Positions 1 through 11,838 of a stretch of DNA of 64,000 nt are shown piece by piece. Positions within the stretch are counted from its first letter, which is position 1. The number at the start of each line of letters is the position of its first letter. The notes beneath the pieces were generated by a model. The model was not told the origin of the DNA and searched no databases. It was given only the letters and a program-made list of their open reading frames with translations. This stretch comes from Octopus sinensis (Eukaryota). The position numbers and the translations under genes are program-made. The DNA lies in NCBI RefSeq assembly GCF_006345805.1, contig NC_042999.1, positions 57,536,001 to 57,600,000 of the forward strand, in the 5' to 3' direction.

Positions 1-617
1 TATAGCTATCAAAAACAATGGATGAAACTTGATAAGTTCCTTACTGAAAGACTTTGTACTTAGAATTTAATGACAAAATTTTTATCAATAACTTGTAAGT
101 GTGATAGTGCAAGCTACCTGTCAAAAACAATGGGCCATAAAAATGATGGTTTATAACATCTTTTTTTTTTTTTTTTAACTGATTCACTGAATGGTTTTAT
201 GGATTGTGAAAATTTAATTAAAAATTATGATACCATGTTTACAAAAATATAACAGTGTTATTTATAAAACATTGAAAGATTTACATGTAATTATTGTACT
301 ATGTGGATTGTGCTAAAAGGAAAAATTTATGGGCTAAAAATTTCAATAACACCTGAATTTAAACTTGTAATTGTCTCCCCAACATGTAGAAATAGACTGA
401 CATTTAGTTTTACAGTAGACATACAAATAAATTTGCATATAGATTTAAAAATAAAATAACATGTAGATTATCAATAAATTTACAACACTTACAAATATTA
501 CAGTTAAATAATAAATACTTAATGATTTGGTGAATCTTATTAAGTTTACAGAGCTTCTTGATAAACAAATGATTAGGATTGCTGACACTTGAGCATCCCA
601 CATAAAGCTCATTTTGT

Positions 618-930
618 GGAGGCACAATGGCCCAGTGGTTAGGGCAGCGGAGTCGCAGTCAGAGGATCTCGGTTTCGATTCCCAGACCGGGTGTTGTGTG
701 TGTTTATTGAGCAAAAACACCTAAAAGCTCCACGAGGCTACGGCAGGGGGTGGTGGCGACCCCTGTTGTATTCTTTCACAGCAACTTTCTCTCACTCTCT
801 CTTCCTGTTTCTTGAGTAATGCTGCGGTGGACTGGCGTCCCGTCCAGCTGGGGGGAACACATATGCCACAGAAACCTGGAAACCGGGCCCATGAGCTTGG
901 CTAGGCTTGAAAAGGGCGCAAAACAAAAAA
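618..930 (+). mobile_element. tRNA-derived SINE, family A (central domain resembles Meta/V-type SINE domains)
   Basis: A box TGGCCCAGTGG, B box GGTTTCGATTCC, body with GCTGCGGTGGACTGGCGTCCCGTCCAG...GAAACC, A-rich tail. Confidence 0.8.
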
Positions 931-1402
931 TGACTCATTTACCCCATTTTAGACATTTTTTTTTTAAATTTGGAAATTATCAAATTAGATGGAATCCAGC
1001 AGAAAAAACAAAAACACTAAAAATTATCCAGATATTTTATTAGCAACCTCACTTACAATTGGGTTAAAACTAAGTAAAAAAATTCTTGAAAAAAAAAGTA
1101 TCTCTCGTTTGACAGGTTCTAAACTCTCTCAACTAACAACTATGCTGACCGAGTTTATTCCTAAAGGTGATGCAAGAGTACAAAATGATGATGCAATACC
1201 TGTCATCTGATTATGTTTCCAAACTTTCTCAACTTCAACAAAAACTGTGCTGACTTATTTTATTCCTAAAGGTGATGCAACAGTATAAAATCATGATACA
1301 ATACTTGCAACTTAATGATTTGAAACAGAAGTGGTGGGGGAAAATAATGAGAAATCAGAAATTACTCTCTTTTCCCCGGTTGCTAATTTTGCCAACCCCA
1401 GA

Positions 1403-1785
1403 GGCACAGGAGTGGCTGTGTGGTAAGTACCTTGCTTACCAACCACTTGGTTCCAGGTTCAGTCCCACTGCGTAGCACCATGGGCAAGTGTCTTCTACTA
1501 TAGCCTCGGGCGAACCAAAGCCTTGTGAATGGATTTGGTAGACGGAAACTGAAAAGAAGCCCGTCATAGATATATATATATATCTATGTTTGTCCCCCCA
1601 ACATCGCTTGACAACCGATGCTGGTGTGTTTACGTCCCGTAACTTAGCGGTTCGGCAAAAAGAGACTGATAGAATAAGTACTAGGCTTACAAAGAATAAG
1701 TCCAGGGTCAATTTGCTCGACTAAAAGGCGGTGCTCCAGCATGAGCGCAGTCAAATGACTGAAACAAGTAAAAGGGTAAAAGAGT
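1403..1785 (+). mobile_element. Full-length tRNA-derived SINE, family B (Octopus-type), with central (TA)n spacer
   Basis: Head GGCACAGGAGTGGCTGTGTGGTAAG, B-box-like GGTTCAGTCCC, GGGCAAGTGTCTTCTACTATAGCC body, tail GGCGGTGCTCCAGCATG...ACTGAAACAAGTAAAAG; many homologous copies in window. Confidence 0.9.
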
Positions 1786-1833
1786 ATACCATAATAAAAA
1801 ACGTGTAAACCTATGATTTAACTTTATTCAATA

Positions 1834-2868
1834 CTAGCAGTATCGCCCGGTGTTGCTCGGGTTTGTAAGGGAAATAACTATATAAGCATTTTTAGAGAGT
1901 TACTTCCTTTATAGATGCCAATTCGGGCTTTCTTAGCCATTTCTGTTTTGGTGTCTTCAAGCCATGAAGTCGTTGTTCTAAAAGAACGCTGGTCTCCTTG
2001 ACAACGCATTACGACGCTGATTTCCTTAAACTCCCTTCCCCACAGCTTCACGAGGGAGGGAAGAAGGGGGAGAAGCAAACACAGGTGCAGGTGTTTGAGC
2101 GTGGACGCCAACTCCGCCGCCATCGACACACGATGCATTTTATGCATTAAAATGGAATAAAAAATGATGTTAAATTATTTTTTAAATCGTAGACTCATCG
2201 TAGACGCGCGCTAATAGCCAGACGGGCTCGATATTAATCACGACTATAAGATACCCGAATTTGGTTAAACTGCACCGCAAAATGTGGGAGGAGTTAGGAA
2301 TCTAAATCGTAGGAGACAGACACTCACACAACTACAGTTTTATATATATATAGACTAGCAGTATCGCCCGGCGTTGCTAGGGTTTGTAAGGGAAATAACT
2401 ATATAAGCATTTTTAGAGAGTTACTTCCCTTATAAATTCGGGCTTTCTTAGCCATTTTTGTTTTGGTGTCTTCAAGCCATGAAGTCGTTGTTCTAAAAGA
2501 ACGCTGGTTTCCTTCACAACGCATTACGACGTTGATTTCTTTACACTCCCTTCCCCACAGCTTCACGAGGGAGGGAAGAAGGGGGAGAAGCAAACACAGG
2601 TGCAGGTGTTTGAGCGTGGACGCCAACTCCGCCGCCATCGACACACGATGCATTTTATGCATTAAAATGGAATAAAAAAATGATGTTAAATTATTTTTAA
2701 AATCGTAGACTCATCGTTGACGCGCGCTAATAGTCAGACGAGCTCGATATGAATCACGACTATAAGATACCCGAATTTGGTTAAACTGCACCGCAAAATG
2801 TGGGAGGAGTTAGGAATCTAAATCGAAGGGGACAGACACTCACACAACTAGAGTTTTATATATATAGA
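1834..2868 (-). mobile_element. Non-autonomous Helitron, head-to-tail dimer (1834-2354 and 2355-2868)
   Basis: On - each unit begins TCTATATATATA and ends with a GC hairpin followed by CTAG; junction is CTAG|TC; outer flanks A|TC...CTAG|T with no TSD. Confidence 0.9.
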
Positions 2869-2882
2869 TTATATGTGTGTGT

Positions 2883-3206
2883 GAAGGCGCATGGCTCAGT
2901 GGTTAGAGCGTAGATCTTACGATCGTGAGGTTGTGAGTTCGATTCCCAGACCGGGCTGTGTGTTGTGTTCTTGAGCAAGACACTTTATTTCACGTTACTC
3001 CAGTTCACTCAGCTGTTGAAATGAGTTGCGACATCACTGGTGCCAAGCTGCGTCAGCCCCTTGGATAACATCAGTGGTGTGGAGAGGGGAGGCCGGTATT
3101 CATGGGCGACTGCTAGCCTTCCACAAACAATCTTGCCCGGACTTGTGCTTCGGAGGGTAATTTTCTAGGTGCAATCCCATGGTCAGTCATGACCGAAGGG
3201 AGTCTC
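2883..3206 (+). mobile_element. tRNA-derived SINE, family C
   Basis: A box TGGCTCAGTGG, B box AGTTCGATTCC, TTGAGCAAGACACTT body; homologous to 30921-31227. Confidence 0.9.
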
Positions 3207-3214
3207 CTCCTCCT

Positions 3215-3216
<2 letters not shown>

Positions 3217-3282
<66 letters not shown>

Positions 3283-3292
3283 ATATATATAT
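3217..3292. repeat. (TA)n microsatellite
   Basis: Direct reading. Confidence 0.95.
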
Positions 3293-3959
3293 TGTATAAT
3301 ACTCATTTCTAAGGCATAAATCCTCACATTTAGTGGGAGAGTTGGCAAGCGATTATATTGGTCTCAATTACTCCGCTGGTATCATATTTCATTGACTTGA
3401 AAAGATGAAAGACGAAGTTGAATTCGGCTGAAATTGAACTAAAAATATAAGGACACGTCACTAAATACTGCAAACTATTGACTTAGTCGCTCTGATAAGC
3501 CATGAAGGATCATGGGCGTGGAACGAAACAGGTCAACGGGGGAGCTTGTACTAGGTTGTTCAACTTACTAAAAATAGCAGCCAAGTTTCCTTCAAATTAT
3601 ACCTAATGTCTTAACGTTGTGAGAGAATTTAGTTTTAGATATACAAAAAGACGAGATGGCCAGTAATAAAAAAACAGATCCTAAGTCTACTCGATCAGAG
3701 CTGAACAAGAGGTAAACAGCAGTTGATCAAAATATGATAGTTTCTATAGTTACTGGTTTACGTCAATATCTAAAGTTTTAGAAACCAAATACAAATAGAA
3801 AATATTACATTACTACAAAGTTGCTAACAACAAAGTACTTCTGTGACCTTTTCCGAACTGTTTATCTTTTTATCGATCATAGGTTACGATAAGAAAGAAA
3901 CAAAAACGAATCATGACAACACAAGTTGTTGCATGTTTCCAAGTCGTGTAAACCGAGTC

Positions 3960-4020
3960 AGCCAATCGTCGGTTGGCTGCGCAACTTTATCAATGACGTC
4001 ATCCGCTGCTATATAAGGCC
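3960..4020 (+). promoter_or_regulatory. Candidate Pol II promoter: CCAAT, CRE and TATA
   Basis: CCAAT 3962-3966 inside inverted AGCCAA...TTGGCT, perfect TGACGTCA 3994-4001, TATATAAG 4010-4017, followed by GC-richer sequence ending at donor CGG|GTGAGT (4390/4391). Confidence 0.55.
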
Positions 4021-4621
4021 GTTGCGCGATCGGTTCTTCGGAGCTCGGCAGCACAGTCTAACTGGTGCGCATTGCAGGGAACCCCCGTCTTCGGCGGTTA
4101 AGCCATCGTCCTGTCTTCGTAATGACTGACTGGAAGAGGGTTTTGTCTCTGACGAAAGTTTTCCCCCACTAACTACGCTTACTTCGTATCTCCCTTGGTG
4201 TTCTGACCTTGGGTCCAGTTCCCGGCCCCCACCGAATCTCAGCGACCCCGCTATCACTATTCGCAGTGCTCTGGAGATGATTCGGAATCCTGGGGGCCCT
4301 TCAGTCCGAAACATGATTGAGCTGTATCATTGTATCAATTGGTTCAACATATTTCTGGCAGAAGTGGCCCTTCTGGAAATGTCTTCACGGGTGAGTGATT
4401 TTCTCTTTGGGTTACAATATTCTTTTTGTTTTATTCGGTTTTCTAATTCCTTGTTTCTTTCAGATAAAATAGATAATTGTTAGTATTTATGTCGTTTTAC
4501 GTAGAAATAGATTCGTCTCCTGCTTTTGGATATGTATACGTAATGTATTCTAATTATTCTTTTTCTTGGGGTATTTTAATTGCCAAAGTCTCTAGGAAAT
4601 TTTCTCGTCTAAAATAGAATA

Positions 4622-5115
4622 CCGTAAATCCTCGAGTATAACCCGCATTTTTCCCCCAAAATTTAAAGATCAAAATCCCTAGTGCGTACTATATACGAGG
4701 TTTAAAATGAAAAATATTTTCTAAGCAATGTCTAAGTCTCTATTTGCTGTTTGGCAATGTTTATTGAGACGCATTTTGTGATGTCGGGGGCGAAAATACC
4801 TTAAGCTGAACCTGAAAGCAATGAAGTCATTAGAGAATCATCCATAACTTGCAGCAAGCAGCATTTATTAAACGTTATTAGTTATTTCTTTATTTTCTGC
4901 AAACAAAATGCACAAAAAAGCTACACGTTTGCATTATGTTATATATACAATACCAATAAAGGACGTTACCGTATACATTTTTACAAACCAAGGACGTTAT
5001 ATAGACCTTGACTGAAGTTAGTGAAGGGGTGCATATTATACACAAGGTTTAGACTTTTCAGATGTACAACCCCCTAAAATCTCCTCAAGGGCAGACTATA
5101 CTCGAGGATTTACGG
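4622..5115. mobile_element. Tc1/mariner-superfamily (pogo/Tigger-like) MITE
   Basis: Perfect 19-bp TIR CCGTAAATCCTCGAGTATA / TATACTCGAGGATTTACGG flanked by TA on both sides. Confidence 0.9.
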
Positions 5116-5438
5116 TACATTTCGATTATTTTTTCTCATCTCCATTCTTCCGGTGATTACTTTCATTTTAAGACTATTTCTATGTAAATCTTTCTATGTA
5201 GGAGATTCTCTTGTACTTAATTTTACTTTATTAATGGTACTGTTACGTTCGTTGTTGAAAAGTTGGTCTTTTTTGTTTCCCTTCTGCTCATCTCCAAACA
5301 ATAACCACTGTTAACCCACCAAGGTTCTTGACAATTTCAAAAACTTTAGATTTCTCCGTTTTTCTTTTCTGCTGGAATATTACGATATTGCGTATGATTG
5401 ATGTCGGCTATTTTAGCCTAAACTTATTTATACACCAT

Positions 5439-5465
5439 CCGGAAGATGGGCGTGGCAAGATGGCG
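5439..5465 (+). promoter_or_regulatory. Candidate TATA-less promoter: ETS, GC box and YY1 motifs
   Basis: CCGGAAG 5439-5445, GGGCGTGGC 5448-5456, CAAGATGGCG 5456-5465 packed into 27 bp of otherwise AT-rich DNA. Confidence 0.45.
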
Positions 5466-6386
5466 TCGGAGGCCGGCTTGTAGGTGACAGTGTTAAGAGT
5501 CGTGATTTTGTCTAATTGACGCTCTTAGACAGTAATTTATATCCGTCTATTGATTGTTGTGAGTAAAGTTGCCTTTGACGTCCATCATGAAGATCGTACT
5601 GTATGTTGAGAGGAATTAAAAATAGATCTTTCAATTTGTGATTTCTTTAACGCCTCTTAAGGAAATCATAAACATCATCTCTCTCTCTCTCTCTCTCTCT
5701 TCATTCATTCATTCACTCACACACACACACACACACACTTGAAGCCATTAGCATATAAATGGTAGATTCTATTGAGCTGTCTTGTCTTTTAAAAAAAATC
5801 CCACATACTCATGAAAATATATTTAATTTTTATCGAGAAAAAAATCTCAGTGAACAATAATAATCTAACTTGAAAATCGGAGTGTTTAATGATTTTTTTT
5901 TTTTTTAAGTTATGTCATTCCTTTATTTTTTCGTTATTAAAAATCTAGCATTACGTCATAGTTTCTAATAACAGTGCGATGGTACTCGGGACAGCGATCA
6001 AGGTTCGAACCCGGCATTAACAAGGAGCTATACGGTGGTGAGCCTAGTCTCTAGTGTTTGAAAACTTTCGTCATAGTCTTTCTCCTTCTCCCAGTCGTCA
6101 TTATGGAAACGCCTATCAAGACATGGTAACCCTTGGCCAGTACGAACCCACGACCAATTTTTGCTGTATTTATTGGTTCAATAAAATGATTGATGCAATA
6201 AATATTGTGTTTGTCTCAATATATTTTTTTTCTTGTTGCTCAATTTATCTTTGCTTAATCTGCCTTAATTTTTAATAAGTTACTGAGGCGCTATTACAAA
6301 ACAACCAAGCGAGATATCGTTTGAATAGTAACCTTTACTAAGTCGTAAATGTATGACGCAATTCTGTTGACACACTTTGGTGTATC

Positions 6387-7512
6387 TATATAGAGTGTTG
6401 GACAAAAGCCCCACGGTTATAGTTTTCGTTTTTTTTTTTTTTCTAAACCTTTGTTTCAGTCATTCGACCGCGGCCATGCTGGAGCATCACCTTGAAGACA
6501 TTTTAATCGAATGTATCGACGCTAGGATTTTAAATTTTTACTTGTTGCAGTTATTAGACTGCGGCCATGCTAGGGCGCCACTCTGAATAATTTTTAGTCG
6601 AATGTAACGACCACAGAATTTTTTTTTATGAGTTTCAGCCAACGCATGAAGTTAAGCTTAGAAGGTATCTCCATATGCTAGAAATAACAGCCTAATCTCT
6701 TGAATATTTTTTTATAACCTCGTCAGGTTTTTATTTTCTAAAAATCTTTTTACTTGTTTCAGTCATTGGACTGGGGCGCCACTTTGAATAATTTTTAGTC
6801 GAATGTAACGACCACAGAATTTTTTTTTATGGTTTTCAGCCAGCGCATGAAGTTATCTCCATATGCTAGAAATAACAGCCAAATCTCTTGAATTTTTTTT
6901 TTATAACCTCGTCGGGTTTTTTTTATTTTCTAAAAATCTTTTTACTTGTTTCAGTCAATGGACTGCGGCCATGCTGGGGCACCAGCCTGAATTTTTGGTC
7001 GCAGAAAGATCAGCATTTTAATATATACATTTAAAGTCTTTACCTTCTAGGTTTAAATTTATGAGCTGGTTGAAAATTACCTAAAAAAGAATCTAAAAAA
7101 GAATTCGACTAAAAATTCTTCAAGGCATGTCCCAGAATGGCCGCAGACTAAAACAAGTAAAAAGATTTTCAAAAAATAAAAAACAAACGAATAACCAAAA
7201 AATATAATCGAGGCGGGGGTGGGGTTATAAAATTCCTCCAGGTGGTGCCCCAGCTGGCCGCGGCCTAATGACTGTAACAAGTAAAAAGGAGGAAAAAATG
7301 AATATCACAAGTGGCTTTCATCAAGTTTTTTAAAAAATTCTGGGTTCCATACAGACATCTAAAAAATTTTCAACATGGTGCCCTAGCATGGCCGGACGCT
7401 ATCTAATAACTACAACAAGTAAAAAAAAAAATCTAGGGTCGATACATTCAACTAAAAATTCTAAAAACGAAAAAGATAACCGTGAGGCTTTTGTCCGGAT
7501 CCCATCTATATA
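6387..7512. repeat. Imperfect ~1.1-kb fold-back built from SINE 3'-tail modules
   Basis: Ends match as inverted repeats (GGACAAAAGCCCCACGGTTAT / ATAACCGTGAGGCTTTTGTCC); tail modules ACTTGTTTCAGTC..GGCCATGCTGG face one way in the left half and the other way in the right half; ~200-bp tandem units in left arm. Confidence 0.7.
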
Positions 7513-8384
7513 AGTATGCCCACCCCACCGACTCTTGTTTCCCTATAACTTTCAGAAAGATATTTTTTTAATTAAATTTTTCTACTGGAATTTAATACTG
7601 AAAAAAGTGGGGCGTGCGCAAATATTTAACACACCACATTTTTGTTTTTTGGGTTTTTTTTTTTTTCAAAATCTCAAATTTTATTTTGCAGATATATATA
7701 TGTAATGTATGTCACTACATATGTGTGGGCACGCTCATTTCTTTCTCTCTTTTTTTTTTTTTTTTTTTTTTTTTTTCTTTTGGCCTACATTAAATTCTGA
7801 TATAGTCATAATCCCCACCTGATGAAAAATATTTGTAGAAAATTTCATTTAAAAAAAAAATACCCTTTTTCTTCTTTCTTCTTTCTGAAATTTCTGCGGA
7901 AAGTCGAGGGTGTGGCGCATTTGTGTAGGTATGCCGCCGTAATTATATTTAGACACCTTATACTCGGGTGTCGGTAACAGACAGGTCATGACCTATTAGT
8001 GAGCCACTGAGTATATTCTGGACTTCGGACCATTTCTAAGAAATCTCCAGTTTTAATATTTTTGCAGGCTATTGTGTGTTTGATGATTTTAAAGATGAAA
8101 TTTCATGTCGTCGTTTAATTTTTGCTTTGAGATTTTTTTTTTTTTTTTTTTTTTTTTGCATATACGTAAGATGTGAACCATGACAAATATAAAGGAGACA
8201 AACCGATAAGCAGGCGATTACAAAAGGTTGCTGATTCGATTCCTAGCTTTATAGCATTAATTCTTTCACAAAAATAAAACCAGAAACAATGTAACAACTT
8301 TCACAAAGAAAATATTTTAACGGTCTCAGTTGAAGTTACTTGCCATACAATTACGCTTTTGAACTTTTTTTCTTTTTTAAGAAA

Positions 8385-8810
8385 ATAGTATATGCTCGGG
8401 TGTTTTGAATCTACCGTACAACGGAGTTCCACAGCGTCGTTTATTACCCTGCTTTACAGAGGCCCGTGTACTCCCCACTCATTGATTGTTAATACAATCT
8501 TTCGATTTAACAAACCCAATGCTGTGGTTCACCGTTCTATGCTCAAAATTGTAACCGGCATAGTTTCGTTGTATAACCGGCATAGTTTCGGTTGTAGTAA
8601 ACTTCGCCTGAAACTTCGCCGAATGGGTGTGCATTCTTCCAGTATGTCACGATTCCGATATGACACCGTATAAAGAAAAACCTGTCTGGTCTCGCGACAC
8701 ACTCCTCCACTGCTCAGGTAAGACTCTGATTCATCGATCTCGCCAATCTTCCCAGGGCCACCAACTTTAATTGGATGACGGAGCAGGTCTAAATTACCCA
8801 AAATTGCCAA
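8385..8810 (-). mobile_element. Merlin (IS1016/ISXO2-like) DDE transposase relic
   Basis: Peptides KVGGPGKIGEIDES..GGVCRETRQVFL and, frameshifted, RTVNHSIGFV..NKRRCGT match Merlin motifs (GGPGKIVEIDES, HxTVNHS). Confidence 0.75.
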
Positions 8811-10262
8811 ACTTTATTTAATAGCTAATAACTTTATTTATTGATTTATGGCGAAAGTGATTTTCATAGCATTGATTAGCCTATAAAAATTATCATTGCA
8901 ATGAATATGAAATCAATTCGAACAGAAATTGACCTTGGCAGCCAAACAGAAAAAATTCAATACTGCAGTCAGTCTGTTCGACTAAGCAAAGAAAAATATA
9001 GTTATCCTGCCTAGCAACTAGACGAAGCATTGAATAGTTAGTTATCTTCCTTTAATCCCGAGCTAACGGAGTTTTTACGTGACAACTCGAGCTACGACAA
9101 ATTAAAACCGGATTCCCTTAAATCACAACTTGTCGTAAGAGCAAAAAATATCAAAGCCAATATAGTCCTTGGTATATCAAAGAGGCTGCAACTATTTCGT
9201 TCATAGATTTTATCAATCAGATGAAAATAACTCGCACTGTATTCATATCCAAGTGACGTATTTGCTCAACATGGCAGAAATAGCAGCCAAATATCTCTTA
9301 ATCCAAGCTTTATTGTTTTAAATAAGGAATAGGCATTTTTTATAATGTATTTTCTAGCTATTCCTCATAATATCGAGACGATCACGGTTGGAATGTTATT
9401 GATCATAAGCCTACTCATTAAGTACTGTGTTGAAAATGGATTTTGTGGAGATGAGATCAGAGTTTAATATGTATGAATCGAGAGGCATATGGTAGGTTGA
9501 CAGAATTGGTGGAGCATGTCAGGCAGTATTTAGCTGCGAACCTTTAGGTTTAGAATTGCAATCGATAAAATAAGGTACAAGCATTTCGAACCCACTGCCA
9601 AGCACACTCTACACCGTGCTTAAGGCAGAATTTAATTCCATTAGGTGAAACAGATAAATGTTTAAAAGCGAATATTCATTTAGCAAATTGAAGGATATAC
9701 GGGAAAAGAACATTTTCTAAACCTTTACATCAACAAACTTTAGCATCAAATTACTTTCACATTTGTTCCGTCTAATTAATTTTTTATTTGGGGGCAATTA
9801 TACAACAGTTTATATGAGAGAAACAAGAAATGCACCACTCCAAACCAACACTAATTCCTATTCTTCACTTGAGCATAGTGTTGTTATAGAGGGAAATAGA
9901 TGTGATAGGGGTTGAAACTGGCCTATAGATACGATAGGGGTCGGAACTGACTTGCTCTACAATTTTTCCTATTTAACATCTAAAATATTGTTTGCGTTGA
10001 TATACGCACGCAGCTGTCGCAACAGGATATTTCTTTCATCAGCTATGGACTGGACATCACAACTGTTTTGGAATCTTCCGACAATACAACATCCCCCAGC
10101 GAGGCCAACCAGCATTTATGCTAAAAGGAATCAAGGAGCCTGTTTTCTGTTTTTTTAATGTACATAAAACACACGATACTTTCTTTCGGTATCTCTATTA
10201 TCTATGAAGTCACCTAGCAAAACCATGAGTAGTTCTAAACACCTTAACATAACGTCTATCGC

Positions 10263-10499
10263 GGTACTATTTAAGAAGAGTGGTCCCGGTGCGCGCACTC
10301 GCGGATCAGCACTAGCTAGTCGTGACTATTCGATCCTTACTTTGTGTTTTATTTACTTTGTTAAAAAAATGATTTACTTTCTGTAAAAAAAATTATTTAT
10401 TTTGTGTTTTATTTACTTTGCTTGGTAGTCGTAGGATCGACTAGTCACGACTAGCCTGCGCGAGTGCGTGCACCGGGACCACGCTTCTTAAATATTACC
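10263..10499. mobile_element. MITE with ~65-bp TIRs, possibly Merlin-related
   Basis: GGTACTATTTAAGAAGAGTGGTCCCGGTGC... / ...GCACCGGGACCACGCTTCTTAAATATTACC; flanks TCTATCGC and TCCGTCGC (6/8 match). Confidence 0.75.
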
Positions 10500-11173
10500 T
10501 CCGTCGCTTTAAAACTGGCTAAAGTCGTTTTCTTTTCACATATCTATGCCTTATCCGTGTTGAGACAGATGCGATACACACACACACACACCGCTGATTT
10601 CCAGTGTCCTTAGTTCCAAAGGATGAACTGTTTTGCTGGACCATACGTAGTCACGTAATAATAATTCAAAAACACGCCTATAACCAACTAATCATATATT
10701 TAATGCCAAAGATATAAAACAATCAATGAATCAATTGGTAAAATGATTAACAAATTGTCTAACTATACTGTGTATGTTTATTATTTGCATATTGATCTCA
10801 AGAGATACACCAGAAAAGCAGTTAAATCTTTTCGTAGCCTCCATCTTGAAAATAAAGGATCCACTGACTTTGATAGGCCTTTCAAGGCTGTTTGTAAAAT
10901 ACCTTCCATCAGACACTGGCAGTATCTACATTCAAGCAATGCCATAAAGTTTCTGAACAGCCCTACAAGAACATAAAAAGCGTTTCCTACGTGGTAGAAT
11001 ATAGTCATTAGAGATTAACAAGGGTTGCCTCCCTTAGACCAAATTAGTTTTCGTTTGGAATTTTTTTTTTTTCAGTTTTTGCTGTTTTTTGTATTTAGTT
11101 TTATAACATTTTTGATGTGAACGAGTTACAACAAATCTTGTATCTGTGAGCTGTTTGTTTCATCGCGCAAATA

Positions 11174-11423
11174 ATAATAAACACGCATACTGGTTCAATT
11201 TCACTCCTTTATCGTTAATCAGTTAGTTACCTAACCTCTTAAATAATCGATCAAAGCAGACTTGGAGGAGAGAGGTCGCGCCATTGAAAGGAATTTGATA
11301 AACAACTGATTAATTGTTTAACCAACAAATAAAACAAACGATCAATTAATTAGTTGGTTAGGTAACTAACCAGTTGGTTGAAAATAGAGGAGTGAAATCG
11401 AAATACTGTATGTGCTTGTTATT
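11174..11423. mobile_element. Degenerate MITE-like inverted repeat
   Basis: ATTTCACTCCT and GTTAGTTACCTAACC recur inverted (arms ~11174-11251 and ~11340-11423). Confidence 0.55.
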
Positions 11424-11838
11424 ACAGGCGTAAAGACCATCCCGAGATACAAGATGGATATATTTGTTTGACCGCTTCTGAGCTGGTGCTAAACAATAAC
11501 TTGAGACTATATAAATAGATTTGCAAACCAAACACGGAGACTCCTTTTGTCGCTGGACCTACTAGAAATAACAGTCGAATACTCGTAAATGATGTCAATG
11601 TAATCCGCTATACGCCTCCCCACGAAATAAGAGACCAAGTTCATAGATAACAGTTATACGTTTGGATCTAGTTTTTTTTTCATTCGCAACATGTGCATTT
11701 TTTTTAAAGACAGAAGAAAATCTGAAAATAATAAAATTTTCCAATCTATGAAGGTATGATGTTGTGGGGAAAAAAGTTACAGAGGTGTTGCGTAGCTGAT
11801 ATCCTCACTGTTTGAGAGATATATTAGAAATGAACTCG

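Noticed and set aside
1154-1321. ~105-bp tandem duplication overlapping short ORFs
   Set aside because: Diverged local duplication; peptides unrecognisable and no splice support.
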